A stretch of DNA of 62,099 nucleotides. Source: Bdellovibrionales bacterium. Lineage in GTDB: Bacteria > Bdellovibrionota > Bdellovibrionia > Bdellovibrionales > Bdellovibrionaceae. Under the pieces are notes generated by a model. That model saw only the letters and a program-made list of their open reading frames with translations. It made no database searches and was not told the origin of the DNA. Below, piece after piece: positions 9,447 through 18,973 of the stretch (its first letter is position 1; each line of letters opens with the position of its first letter). The position numbers and the translations under genes are program-made. The stretch spans positions 1-62,099 of the forward strand of contig JANMPT010000094.1 of assembly GCA_031370005.1 (NCBI GenBank), read 5' to 3'.

Positions 9447-10162
9447 TATTGCCGATTGATACGTTTGCATTGGTGTAGAAACTCTTCGCGCGTTTGCACC
9501 TTTGTACGGAAATGACCACGTACCTCCGTAGTCACTGTAGAGCTCGCCGTGTCTTCAATTCCACGGGCGATAACACAATAATGTTTTGCATCGATATACA
9601 CCGCTACATGCTCTGTCCCCAACACATACTGCAGGCAATCCGCAATTTGCTTTGTTAAGCGTTCCTGCACCTGAGGCCGGCGACTGAAAAATTTGATGAT
9701 GCGATTAATCTTGGAAAGGCCAATAACCTTTTTATTTGGAATATAAGCCACTGTTGCAAGACCATCAATGGTAAGAAAATGATGCTCACAAAAAGACAAG
9801 GTAGATATGCCTGACACGCAAATCATTTGGTCATATTCCATTTTATTTTCAATCACGCTCATCTTTGGAAAACGTTCGTGATTAAGCCCACTGAATATCT
9901 CTTGCACATACATCTTCGCCACACGCTTTGGGGTGTCGCGAAGGCTGTCGTCGCTCATGTCAAGACCTAAAACTTCCATGATCTCCAAAAACTTTTCCGT
10001 GATTTTTTTAATTTTTACTTCTTCACTAAAACCATTTTTTACCATTGGAGTTGGCAGCACATTGGATAGGATATCTTCAGCGCTAAAGTGATGATGCTTA
10101 GCTGGAGTTGCTTTAACTGATAACTTGGGTTTCGACTTTAGATTTTTGATACTTTTTTTCAT
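9443..10162 (-). CDS. folE: GTP cyclohydrolase I
   Basis: DTPKRVAKMY, CEHHF, GLSKINRI, RRPQVQERLT, HYCVIARG. Confidence 0.96.
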   Translation of the reverse strand: MKKSIKNLKSKPKLSVKATPAKHHHFSAEDILSNVLPTPMVKNGFSEEVKIKKITEKFLEIMEVLGLDMSDDSLRDTPKRVAKMYVQEIFSGLNHERFPKMSVIENKMEYDQMICVSGISTLSFCEHHFLTIDGLATVAYIPNKKVIGLSKINRIIKFFSRRPQVQERLTKQIADCLQYVLGTEHVAVYIDAKHYCVIARGIEDTASSTVTTEVRGHFRTKVQTREEFLHQCKRINRQY

Positions 10163-10332
10163 AATACGCTCTTATCTCAAAAGTTTATGCCTCTGTAAAC
10201 CATGGACCTGGACTCTCCTCCTTTCCTGTCATTTTTTACAAGGTTTTTAATGTTTCAATCTAAGACCTGGATCTCAGCCGACTTGACTCAACCCAAGTCA
10301 AAAGCTTAAAATAACACTTCACGGAGGTCTCC

Positions 10333-10824
10333 ATGAAAACCCTTTCTTTTGCCTTGCCTGTGTATATCTTTTTATTTTCAGCTTTAACCTGGGCAGCTTC
10401 TGCTTCAGTTGATGTCGCTTTGAGCCCCGCAGGCTCTTTTAAAGGAAAAACTACGGATGTCAAAGGCTTCGCCATTAAAAAGGGCGCTGAAGTTTCAGCG
10501 CAAAATATTATTGTGAATTTGAAAAGTCTCAAGACCGGTATCGAGCTTCGTGACCACCACACACTTAAAAATCTTGAAACCGATAAATACCCTCAGGCCG
10601 TCCTTATTTCAGCTACAGGAAAAGATGGAAAAGGCACTGGCAAAATCCGTATTCGAGGGATTGAGAAAAACATTGCCGGCACATATAAAATTAATGGCAA
10701 TGAATTGCTCGCTGATTTTAAGTTAAAGCTTTCTGATTTCAAAATTACTAACATAAGCTATATGGGTGCGGGCGTTGATAACGAGGTTGTGCTTCATGTT
10801 GCTATTCCAGTAAAAGGGCCTTAA
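10333..10824 (+). CDS. YceI-family periplasmic lipid/polyisoprenoid-binding protein
   Basis: Signal peptide, LKTGIELRDHH (TGxxxRDxH) and FKLKLSDFKI; GGAGG RBS. Confidence 0.82.
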   Translation: MKTLSFALPVYIFLFSALTWAASASVDVALSPAGSFKGKTTDVKGFAIKKGAEVSAQNIIVNLKSLKTGIELRDHHTLKNLETDKYPQAVLISATGKDGKGTGKIRIRGIEKNIAGTYKINGNELLADFKLKLSDFKITNISYMGAGVDNEVVLHVAIPVKGP

Positions 10825-10845
10825 TTGAGATTTAGGATTTCACCC

Positions 10846-11229
10846 ATGAGGAAGCTTTTAACAGCAAGTCTGACAGCCTTGAGTTTTTTTTCACCCCTTG
10901 GCTGCGGGAAGGTCTATAATTCATCCACTTATGATGCTGCCACCTACGGTTCAGCAACGGGAAGTGCAAAATTTCTTGCTGCTAAACAGATTATTAACAC
11001 AAGTTGCGCTAGCTGTCATACTCGCGCCTCTCATCAGGCTTGGGCCGGGATGAGCGAGCAGGATTTTATTACTCAGGGGCTTGTGAAGGTCGGTAATTTG
11101 AGCGGCTCAACAATATATACAAAAATTCTTGGCAATAGGACCAGCACTCCTGGAAATATGCCTGATGGTGGGACTCCACTGACTGCGACAGAACTCACCA
11201 CCATTGAGGACTGGATTTTAGGAATATAA
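10846..11229 (+). CDS. Monoheme c-type cytochrome lipoprotein (planctomycete cytochrome C-like)
   Basis: Lipobox LGC, CASCH heme site, distal NMP Met ligand, PLTATELTTIEDWI. Confidence 0.82.
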   Translation: MRKLLTASLTALSFFSPLGCGKVYNSSTYDAATYGSATGSAKFLAAKQIINTSCASCHTRASHQAWAGMSEQDFITQGLVKVGNLSGSTIYTKILGNRTSTPGNMPDGGTPLTATELTTIEDWILGI

Positions 11230-11236
11230 GTCCAAT

Positions 11237-11890
11237 CTACAAACGATAAGCCAGACCCAAGCGCCAGTAAATTGATTCATCTTTGTAAACCATTCCGAAA
11301 CTTTGGATCATTTCTAGTTTTAGATTAAAACGCACGCGCATATCCGCAAAAATCCCAGTGATTAAATCAGAACCCGATTTCGCCACAGCATTGCTTGAAC
11401 CGTCAGGCCAGCTGCTTTTCTTATAAAAAGCGGCCAGATCCAACCCAAAATCAGTCCGTGGAGTCCATCGATAGAACAGACGTGGCGCAACTCTCACAGC
11501 CCACCATGGGACCCGAGCTTGGAAATAGCTCAAACTTCCAGACTTATCACCACCAACGATACTGCCACTAAGTATAGCAGCGCCAAGCCCCCAACCCCAC
11601 TTTGGTTGATACCAATTCTTTTCAACCCCAAGTCCAAAACCATAGCATAAAGCTTGAGAGTCTTGCTCCGTCCCGGAAGTGCTCGTGATAGTGAGTTTTT
11701 CAAACCAAGTATTATAGTCCAAAGTCAGAAGGTATCTTTCAACTCCCTGTTCGGATAGATAAGCTCTCTGATCGTCTGGCTTCACACTGCCTTTTACTCT
11801 GCCGGGACCCACAACAGCCGGCACAGGGATCTGAGCAAAACATTGAGAGACTATAAAACTTAACAAAAACACACTTACTGCTTTTCTCAT
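11237..11890 (-). CDS. Small outer-membrane beta-barrel protein
   Basis: Signal peptide, amphipathic aromatic/Gly strands, C-terminal LGLAYRL beta-signal. Confidence 0.7.
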   Translation of the reverse strand: MRKAVSVFLLSFIVSQCFAQIPVPAVVGPGRVKGSVKPDDQRAYLSEQGVERYLLTLDYNTWFEKLTITSTSGTEQDSQALCYGFGLGVEKNWYQPKWGWGLGAAILSGSIVGGDKSGSLSYFQARVPWWAVRVAPRLFYRWTPRTDFGLDLAAFYKKSSWPDGSSNAVAKSGSDLITGIFADMRVRFNLKLEMIQSFGMVYKDESIYWRLGLAYRL

Positions 11891-11899
11891 AGGCCTCTT

Positions 11900-13093
11900 C
11901 TAAAGCGATAAGTGAAGTTGCGCCTGCAACATCCACGTATCCTTTGCTACAGTTGTATCTGTGATGGAACGACCATTCACGAACGTTGTTCTAAACTCCA
12001 CACGAGGCATTGGAAATGTTAAAAGTCCAAATGTCCACCGTATCATATCTGGAGACTCAGGTGCCAGAGTCGCATTGTAATACTCGATCTGAGAAATAAC
12101 ATTATAACCGCGAGTAATAAGGTAGACACCCTCCATCATCAAGTAGCCGCCGAATTTGTTGCTTGGATTAGCTTTCGGATTATCATTTACAAAACCAATT
12201 TCAGACAAAAGACTATTTCCCTTATCTAGCCCAAGCTTTGAGTGAATTTCTAGACGAGTTTTTTCCACATAGTCATTCTTTGAGGATAGTAAAGTAGCAC
12301 CCACACGATTCTTCTCAGCAAAATCATATTCCAGCATCACAGAACCACCCTTTTGGCGGACATCAGCATCCTCTTGAGCTATGTTTCCAAAAAACATATT
12401 GCCGGTGAGCTCCCAACCTTCGCCGTAATACTGACCAATAATGCCATCTGATTGATCATTTTGAGCCACACCAGTCACAGCACGACTGTATGCTGTGTGA
12501 TCCACCATGCGAATACCATAGACTTTGTCCATCAAACCAAAATACGCAAAAAACTTTTTTCTCGCTTGCCAGCGAAAATAATGCTCGCGGGAAATAAAAT
12601 TCTTGTCCTTAGGATCCTTATTTGCTTGTTGTGAAGCTGGGGTCGGCGAATACCCCCCAGAGGCGACAATTAAATATTTTGCTTTTGTATCCAATTGAAG
12701 AGCCATGTTGAGATCGGCCTGCATGGTTATATATTTTGATACTGCGGCCTGGCTACCTGGATTATTGATAAAATATAGGCCACGATATTTAAGCCCAGGG
12801 CGAAACCACCAAGGAAGAGCTGTGGATCCTAAAAATCCTGACCTCGCGGCGATTTCTTCTTCACTGAGTTTCTCTTTAAAAATTGCTCTGGAAGCAATCT
12901 CTGTCGTAAAAAGAGCTCGGCCATAATCATTCAGCGGCCCACTACCCTGCCCATTATAGTGACAAGTAATGCAGGTGTTATACCCATAGGAAATAAAATC
13001 TGGATAAGCCTTGCCAATTTCAGGAGTTAAAAGGCCGATCAAAACCAAAACTGGAAGAAGTAAAATCACGCTGCAACCCCATTTGATATCCAC
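11900..13093 (-). CDS. Fused monoheme cytochrome c / outer-membrane beta-barrel (Cyc2-like architecture)
   Basis: Signal peptide (GKA), mature N-terminus YPDFISYGYNTCITCH...PLNDYGR, then about 330 aa of amphipathic strands ending QAQLHLSL. Confidence 0.72.
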   Translation of the reverse strand: MDIKWGCSVILLLPVLVLIGLLTPEIGKAYPDFISYGYNTCITCHYNGQGSGPLNDYGRALFTTEIASRAIFKEKLSEEEIAARSGFLGSTALPWWFRPGLKYRGLYFINNPGSQAAVSKYITMQADLNMALQLDTKAKYLIVASGGYSPTPASQQANKDPKDKNFISREHYFRWQARKKFFAYFGLMDKVYGIRMVDHTAYSRAVTGVAQNDQSDGIIGQYYGEGWELTGNMFFGNIAQEDADVRQKGGSVMLEYDFAEKNRVGATLLSSKNDYVEKTRLEIHSKLGLDKGNSLLSEIGFVNDNPKANPSNKFGGYLMMEGVYLITRGYNVISQIEYYNATLAPESPDMIRWTFGLLTFPMPRVEFRTTFVNGRSITDTTVAKDTWMLQAQLHLSL

Positions 13094-13207
13094 TCTTTAT
13101 TGGACAATTGTAGAAGCGATTTTCGCCCAGGGCAAACCAAAAATCGTCACCCTGTTCAGAACTTTGTCACCCACGTGGGATTGAATCAACCTTAGTTATT
13201 CTAACTG

Positions 13208-13223
13208 CGGATTCGAACTTGCA
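13208..13223 (+). promoter_or_regulatory. Possible sigma54 promoter
   Basis: CGGATTCGAACTTGCA (GG-N10-GC, TTGCA), about 30 nt upstream of ATG 13252; the -24 element is imperfect. Confidence 0.4.
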
Positions 13224-13251
13224 TAAAGGCCTACAATGCAAGGAGTATGGA

Positions 13252-14979
13252 ATGCAAAATAAACGACCAGAGCTAAAGCTAACTGCGGCCCTACTGATAT
13301 TGTCTTTGTGTTCATTTGCGCTTGCCCAAGAGAAGATTCCTGCTATCGCCAACAAGCATATTATTCCCAATGCGGTGCAAGTACAAATCACCAGAAAGGG
13401 TCTTAAGTACTTTGAGTCCGAGCTTAGCTCTATCCTTGCAGATATGGGTTACAACTTCTCTGAGGGTTATTTTCCAGCCAAAAAAATTGTGGCTGATAAA
13501 CCTATTGATATAAATGATCTTGAAAAGAAAAGCCCTGATGCGGTAAAAGCCTATCGCATAGTGAAGGACATGCTCACAAAATGGCTGGTTGGGTTCTCTC
13601 TTGCTGATCACCGCCCTGTGGTGGAAATTGGCGAATCCGGATACTCAGCCTCATTTACGCGTTTTGCCCTGGTCACCGATGAGGCCCTGATGTCCCAATT
13701 GGGAAAGCGTGATGGCGCTGTTTTAGCAATTGATTTAGAAGTGAAGCGTCTCACTGTTGCCACTCAATCTATTCGCGCCTGGGATATGAACAATATGTCC
13801 TTTATAAAGATCGGCATGGATGACGTAAGCTTAACTGCGGCAGATGAGAGAACCCCATTAAAAATACGTCTCCCGTTCTACATTCGCATGAATGCTCAAG
13901 GATCCGTAGAATTTGAAGCTCTTCAGATCCAAGAAAACCTCGCTGATATTCCAGTGACCATAAAATATAAAAAACTCATCGTCCCACAAGTAGCCATCGA
14001 AGTGGATGGACATCGCTATGTAATGAGTACTGATCAACTTAAAACAACTATTGATGAACAACTGCCTACGGCTTTGGTTGTCGTACGCAAGTACTTGAGC
14101 GAATTTACCCACAAACAACTGCCAGAGATGCTCAATCAAAAAGTGAAAGAGAATTTATCTGGGGCTCTGGAACAAGTACAAGATATGTCACCACCAGGAC
14201 AAGAATCAAATGACAACCGCCCAGCCTTCAAGTGGGGGTTAAAGCTCACCCGTTTTCAACTGAAAAACTCATTGAATATCGGCCTGGCCGCTTATGCTGA
14301 AGACCCGATCAATCCCAATGTGGGCTTGATACCCGGCGCAACTTCACGAGGGGCTCCGAGCCTAATTCATTTGCCACAAACAAATTACGATATAGGCATG
14401 ACTTTAGATCGCGGCCTAATTAATCGCATTCTTCAATTAAGTTTTATAAGAAAAAACTTTGAGAAAATCCCTCAGGCCGACGGAAGCTCCCTAAAATTGG
14501 CGGCACCGCCACTTATAGACTACATCACTCCACCGATGGCTACGGGAAATAATGAAACTTATCTTAAAATCAGAGTTAGTGTGGAAACTGAGCCAAACAA
14601 ACCTTTTTGGCTTGATCAAAAAATTATTCTATCTTTTGATCTCGTTGCTAAAATACGAAAGTCGCAGAAAAGCCCCAACGGCATGGAGATCGCACAGCAA
14701 TATATTGACGTGAACTCTCTATATATGGATACAAAGTATTTAACTTTTGCAGGAAGAATAGCAGAGCGCCTCGGCGGCCAAGTTACAAAGGGTATTAAAG
14801 ACGAACTCACGCTTCGCAGCAAAGACTGGATTAAAAATAATGAAACAATTCCCGGAATAATGGACCTTCCTCCGGCATTTTTAGGAATAAAACTCGATGT
14901 ACAAAAAGTAAGCATGGATCCAAATGGACATCTACTTATGTATCTTAACTATAAAACCACTTCAGGAGTAAAAAAATGA
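13252..14979 (+). CDS. Secreted protein, probable BPI/LBP (TULIP) lipid-binding fold
   Basis: AGGAG RBS, signal peptide, N-terminal PNAVQVQITRKGLKYF, mid-protein YDIGMTLDRGLINRIL. The fold call is by eye. Confidence 0.55.
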   Translation: MQNKRPELKLTAALLILSLCSFALAQEKIPAIANKHIIPNAVQVQITRKGLKYFESELSSILADMGYNFSEGYFPAKKIVADKPIDINDLEKKSPDAVKAYRIVKDMLTKWLVGFSLADHRPVVEIGESGYSASFTRFALVTDEALMSQLGKRDGAVLAIDLEVKRLTVATQSIRAWDMNNMSFIKIGMDDVSLTAADERTPLKIRLPFYIRMNAQGSVEFEALQIQENLADIPVTIKYKKLIVPQVAIEVDGHRYVMSTDQLKTTIDEQLPTALVVVRKYLSEFTHKQLPEMLNQKVKENLSGALEQVQDMSPPGQESNDNRPAFKWGLKLTRFQLKNSLNIGLAAYAEDPINPNVGLIPGATSRGAPSLIHLPQTNYDIGMTLDRGLINRILQLSFIRKNFEKIPQADGSSLKLAAPPLIDYITPPMATGNNETYLKIRVSVETEPNKPFWLDQKIILSFDLVAKIRKSQKSPNGMEIAQQYIDVNSLYMDTKYLTFAGRIAERLGGQVTKGIKDELTLRSKDWIKNNETIPGIMDLPPAFLGIKLDVQKVSMDPNGHLLMYLNYKTTSGVKK

Positions 14980-15488
14980 GATCCCTACAATTCTTTTTCA
15001 TCAACGCACTAACGCTGATTATTGGCCTTGGTTTGATGAGCGGGTCTTTTTCCACAAATGATGCTCAAGCAGCCTCCACGGAAATAGTTCCAAAAATTCA
15101 AATCCAAAGACTCGGCAATTTTAAAGGTCAGTATCTCACTGCCTATTACGCCATAGGCACTCGTCCTTTCTTTTCAACGGACTCCGGTCAAGTAACCCTC
15201 TCAGAAATCAAAAACACTAAAACAGAAGTTGTCACTGCCGACTTCATCACTCTGCCGCAGCTCGAATTAGAAAAGCAGGGTTTCCGCCCAGGCTATAACT
15301 TAGTGGTGGTTGTGGTATCGCCGAGCCCAGACTTTAGCTTTGTGAATGCCGATGGCTCAGGTATCTTTGGAATGAAAAATACGCAAAACCATAGAGCCAG
15401 TCTGATTCGTTCATTTTCAAAAGCAGAACTGGAATCTATGGTGACAGGCCAGGGGCTTGAAGGTGGATTGGTCCTGACTCTCCAGTAG
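14976..15488 (+). CDS. Secreted hypothetical protein coupled to the BPI-like gene
   Basis: ATGA overlap; signal peptide ending AQA; beta-rich. Confidence 0.75.
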   Translation: MRSLQFFFINALTLIIGLGLMSGSFSTNDAQAASTEIVPKIQIQRLGNFKGQYLTAYYAIGTRPFFSTDSGQVTLSEIKNTKTEVVTADFITLPQLELEKQGFRPGYNLVVVVVSPSPDFSFVNADGSGIFGMKNTQNHRASLIRSFSKAELESMVTGQGLEGGLVLTLQ

Positions 15489-15495
15489 TGACTTC

Positions 15496-17076
15496 TTATC
15501 TGAACGTTCCATTTTGGAAAGACTTTTGCATTGCCCTTTCAGCGGCGGCTATGCCAGTTTCAATAGCCCCATTCATGGTGCCAGAGTCAGCGAAGCTCCA
15601 ATGCTCACCAGCTATAAAAAAGCTTTCCAGCGGAGTCTCCTCTGAAAGAACTTCCAGATATTTCAAATATGTTCCCGGTAATAAATTTAATCTCGAACCT
15701 TTAGCAAATGGCTTTAAACTCCAGTTGCAAATCTGAAAACTTTCTTCCTCTGCGCCATTTTTAAAGAAATGGTGCAAATCTTCAAGCGTTTGTTTGGCTG
15801 CCATGACTCCAGTTGACTGGCCAGTGCTTCCACCTCGTTGCGAAGTTAAAAGCCTCCGGCTGCCAGCTTGTCCTCTGGAGCTGTCCCAGTAACTTTGTCC
15901 TAAAAGTTGTCCACGCAAAACGCCTTGGAAAATCTGTGAAGATTTTTGTTTTTTACTCCAGGGTGGTTCATTAAAGCTGCAGATCACCTTGGATTGAGTC
16001 CCATAATTGCTATTTACAATAAAATCTCTCTTAAGACCTAAATCCACGCTTTGAATACCTTCAACATCCTTAAGGATGGACAAAGGCAAAGCGCAAATCA
16101 CTTGTCGAGCCCAAATAGTATCCAAACCTTTTGAAGTATTGAAGGTACACTCATAGCCACCTGATTTTGCATGAATGGCGCTTAGCTGATACCCTAGCTT
16201 AAGAGTTGAATCCGGAACAACCCCCTGAACACGCTCACCAAGTGTTTGTGTCATTACTGACATCCCACCTTCTGCCCGGAAAATTTTTAAGGGCGTTGCA
16301 TGGGCACTACGCTCTTCCAAATCCAACTTCACCAGGAAATGCAAAAGATTGATGAATTTTATATCGACTCCCCACTCGGAAATGCAAAGGTTTTCAAAAC
16401 ATTGCAAAGTGGCCTCGTCCATAACACCTCGAAGTGGACTCAGAAACTCAAACAAGGACATCTGATCGATTGCGGCCATCTGTGGGTTTGTCAAAATAGT
16501 GCGTGGATTGATTTCTGTGCTAAAATTAACAAAGGCTTCGCGACGAAGCTGAGCAAGCTTTAGAGCTAGCGGTCTCAACTTTTTCCGAAAGTCTTTCTCA
16601 TTGACAACTTTACCATTAAGCCAATACAGACTGCGATTTATTTTGGGATCGTAGGAAATGTCCTGAATAGTCAGATTCAAATCCCGACAAAGCTGAACCA
16701 CCAGCTTATGGGAGGCTTCGAAGTACTCGGCCCCAAGTTCTGCATACTGATCATCCGCATTAACATGAAATAGTGTCTGAATGCGCCCGCCCACCCGGCT
16801 GGATGCCTCATAAACTTTATAAGGAATTTTGTTCTTTTTTAAATGATAGGCCGCAGATAAGCCCGCAAGTCCGCCTCCAATAACCATGATTTCTTGGTCT
16901 AGATGATTGCTATTGCCAATAACCCAGCGATCAAAACTACTACAACTTGTCAAAGCAACAGATGCCAGGGAGCCATAAATTGTTTTCTTTACGAAATTAC
17001 GACGCCCCGAAGAAAAATCTTCAGATTCCTGCAGTAAAATTCTAACAATTTTTTTAAAATCTAGGCAGCGAGACAT
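15496..17076 (-). CDS. Flavin monoamine oxidase family protein, predicted Tat lipoprotein
   Basis: IGGGLAGL, EASSRVGGRI, ELGAE, FIAGEH, GTMNGAIETG; GRRNFVK twin-arginine motif plus LTSC lipobox. Start uncertain. Confidence 0.88.
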   Translation of the reverse strand: MSRCLDFKKIVRILLQESEDFSSGRRNFVKKTIYGSLASVALTSCSSFDRWVIGNSNHLDQEIMVIGGGLAGLSAAYHLKKNKIPYKVYEASSRVGGRIQTLFHVNADDQYAELGAEYFEASHKLVVQLCRDLNLTIQDISYDPKINRSLYWLNGKVVNEKDFRKKLRPLALKLAQLRREAFVNFSTEINPRTILTNPQMAAIDQMSLFEFLSPLRGVMDEATLQCFENLCISEWGVDIKFINLLHFLVKLDLEERSAHATPLKIFRAEGGMSVMTQTLGERVQGVVPDSTLKLGYQLSAIHAKSGGYECTFNTSKGLDTIWARQVICALPLSILKDVEGIQSVDLGLKRDFIVNSNYGTQSKVICSFNEPPWSKKQKSSQIFQGVLRGQLLGQSYWDSSRGQAGSRRLLTSQRGGSTGQSTGVMAAKQTLEDLHHFFKNGAEEESFQICNWSLKPFAKGSRLNLLPGTYLKYLEVLSEETPLESFFIAGEHWSFADSGTMNGAIETGIAAAERAMQKSFQNGTFR

Positions 17077-17161
17077 AAAAGTATTCTGAGACCAAGTTAG
17101 AAAGGTAAGCAAAGAAAAACTCTTATTTTTTTATCAAATCTAGATGCTTCAGAACTGACCT

Positions 17162-17189
17162 TTGACTCTGACTAAATAACGCGTAGAAT
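17162..17189 (+). promoter_or_regulatory. Sigma70 promoter, near-leaderless, for the ABC pair
   Basis: TTGACT (17162-17167), 16 nt, TAGAAT (17184-17189), then 8 nt to ATG 17198. Confidence 0.55.
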
Positions 17190-17197
17190 GGCAGGTC

Positions 17198-18973
17198 ATG
17201 AAACCGCTTATCCACGATGTCTTATTCACCCGACTTCACGCCCGTATACTCATCGTTTTGAGCTCCCTAGTAGCCACTATTTTTGCGCTTTTTGCTCCTT
17301 ACTTTCAAAAGTTTTTTATTGATGAACTGACAGGTCAGCCCAGCCTATTGCCTTTTGGTTTTCAAGCAAGTCCACTAATGCTAATCCTTTTAGCCTTTTT
17401 CTGCGTTTTTCTCTCCCAAATCTTCTTTCAACTGACAAATTACTTAGGGATGTGCGAATCCATTCATTTGCAGTCGGTGTTTTCTCGGCGTCTTTACGAA
17501 AAAACTCTAGATTTACGGGTCGACACCATGAGCAACCGTCCTGTGGGGGAAATCATTCAGCTTTATGCCACGGATATACCTAGCTCCACGGTTTTTTTAG
17601 AGCAAACGCTTCCCTCAGGGGCATCGACAATCTTCCCGTTGATCCTAGCTCCGTTTGCAATTTCGCTGATTTATGATCTGCCGATACTGCCCACTTTGCT
17701 TTTAATGGTAGCCATCACAGCATTAAATACCTGGATGGCTTTCCGCCAATCGCTTTTTTTCTATCGATTTAAAGCTTTGGCAGGGGAACGCATTGCCTTG
17801 GTAAATGAGTGGATTCAAAATATACGTACTATTCGTATTTTGGGCTGGCTCACATTTTTTGAGAAAAATATTTTTAAAAAGCGCGAAGTCGAGACCTCCA
17901 ATCGCATGTTGATGGTGACTAACGGGCAAGTAATGAACTCCATCGCCTCTTCGATTACCTTTGTTCTCAATGTGGTGACTTTGGTTTCTTTAATTTACTA
18001 TTCAAAACGCCAAGTGACCGCCGGCGAGCTTTTGGCGCTTTTGTGGATCGTAGGAGTCTTCTTGACCCGGCCATTCCGACAGATGCCTTGGTTTTTCACC
18101 TTTGCTTTTGACTCTTGGACTTCATTGCAACGCCTGGAAAGTTTTTTACGTACCACAAACGATATGCCAAAAAATAAAATCAGCAATAATGGCCCGCAAG
18201 AAAATAATCACAAAACACCTGAAGATATAGTTCTTGAAATAAAAAATCTAAATTTGAAAATCGGTGGAAAAGAAATTCTGAATGACATCAATCTTCACAT
18301 TCACGAAGGGGAACTTGTGGCCATTGTTGGCGAAGTTGGTTCTGGAAAATCTATGCTGCTACTCTCTTTGCTTGGAGAGACCGGGGCGGAAGTCGACACT
18401 TATAATGTCCAGGGCAACAACGCAGTCAGTATGACACTGCACGATCTTCGCGGCCACTATGCTTATGTTCCTCAAGAGGGGTTTATCATGAGCGCCAGCC
18501 TTCGCGAGAACGTTGCTTTTCTCTATGAGATTGAATCTGAACGCGACAGCGATGTCGAGGAATCCCTGCGCTTGGCTCAATTCGAAATCTATAACGAACG
18601 AGTTGAAAATGGCCTTGCTACTGAAATTGGCGAACGTGGAGTGAATCTTTCAGGTGGACAGAAGCAAAGAGTTAGCCTGGCCCGAGTTCACTTTCATAAA
18701 GCACCGATTTTACTTCTAGATGATTGCCTCAGTGCGCTGGATATTGATACCGAAGAGAAGCTCTTTAGTCAGTTGATTAACGGCGCATGGGCCGAAAGAA
18801 CTAGGCTCCTTGTCACTCATCGCTTGAGCATTTTACACCGCGTTGATTGTATTCTTTTTATGCAAGAGGGCTCCATTGTAGATCGTGGCACTTACTTTGA
18901 ATTGATGGGCAGGTCTCAACTTTTCAGAGACTATACGCAAAGCGTGGAGCTGAAAAAAAATGTCGAACTCTAA
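17198..18973 (+). CDS. ABC exporter TMD-NBD, ABCC/MRP first-half type
   Basis: GEVGSGKS, AYVPQE, TEIGERGVNLSGGQKQR, degenerate Walker B LLLDDCLSALD. Confidence 0.92.
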   Translation: MKPLIHDVLFTRLHARILIVLSSLVATIFALFAPYFQKFFIDELTGQPSLLPFGFQASPLMLILLAFFCVFLSQIFFQLTNYLGMCESIHLQSVFSRRLYEKTLDLRVDTMSNRPVGEIIQLYATDIPSSTVFLEQTLPSGASTIFPLILAPFAISLIYDLPILPTLLLMVAITALNTWMAFRQSLFFYRFKALAGERIALVNEWIQNIRTIRILGWLTFFEKNIFKKREVETSNRMLMVTNGQVMNSIASSITFVLNVVTLVSLIYYSKRQVTAGELLALLWIVGVFLTRPFRQMPWFFTFAFDSWTSLQRLESFLRTTNDMPKNKISNNGPQENNHKTPEDIVLEIKNLNLKIGGKEILNDINLHIHEGELVAIVGEVGSGKSMLLLSLLGETGAEVDTYNVQGNNAVSMTLHDLRGHYAYVPQEGFIMSASLRENVAFLYEIESERDSDVEESLRLAQFEIYNERVENGLATEIGERGVNLSGGQKQRVSLARVHFHKAPILLLDDCLSALDIDTEEKLFSQLINGAWAERTRLLVTHRLSILHRVDCILFMQEGSIVDRGTYFELMGRSQLFRDYTQSVELKKNVEL

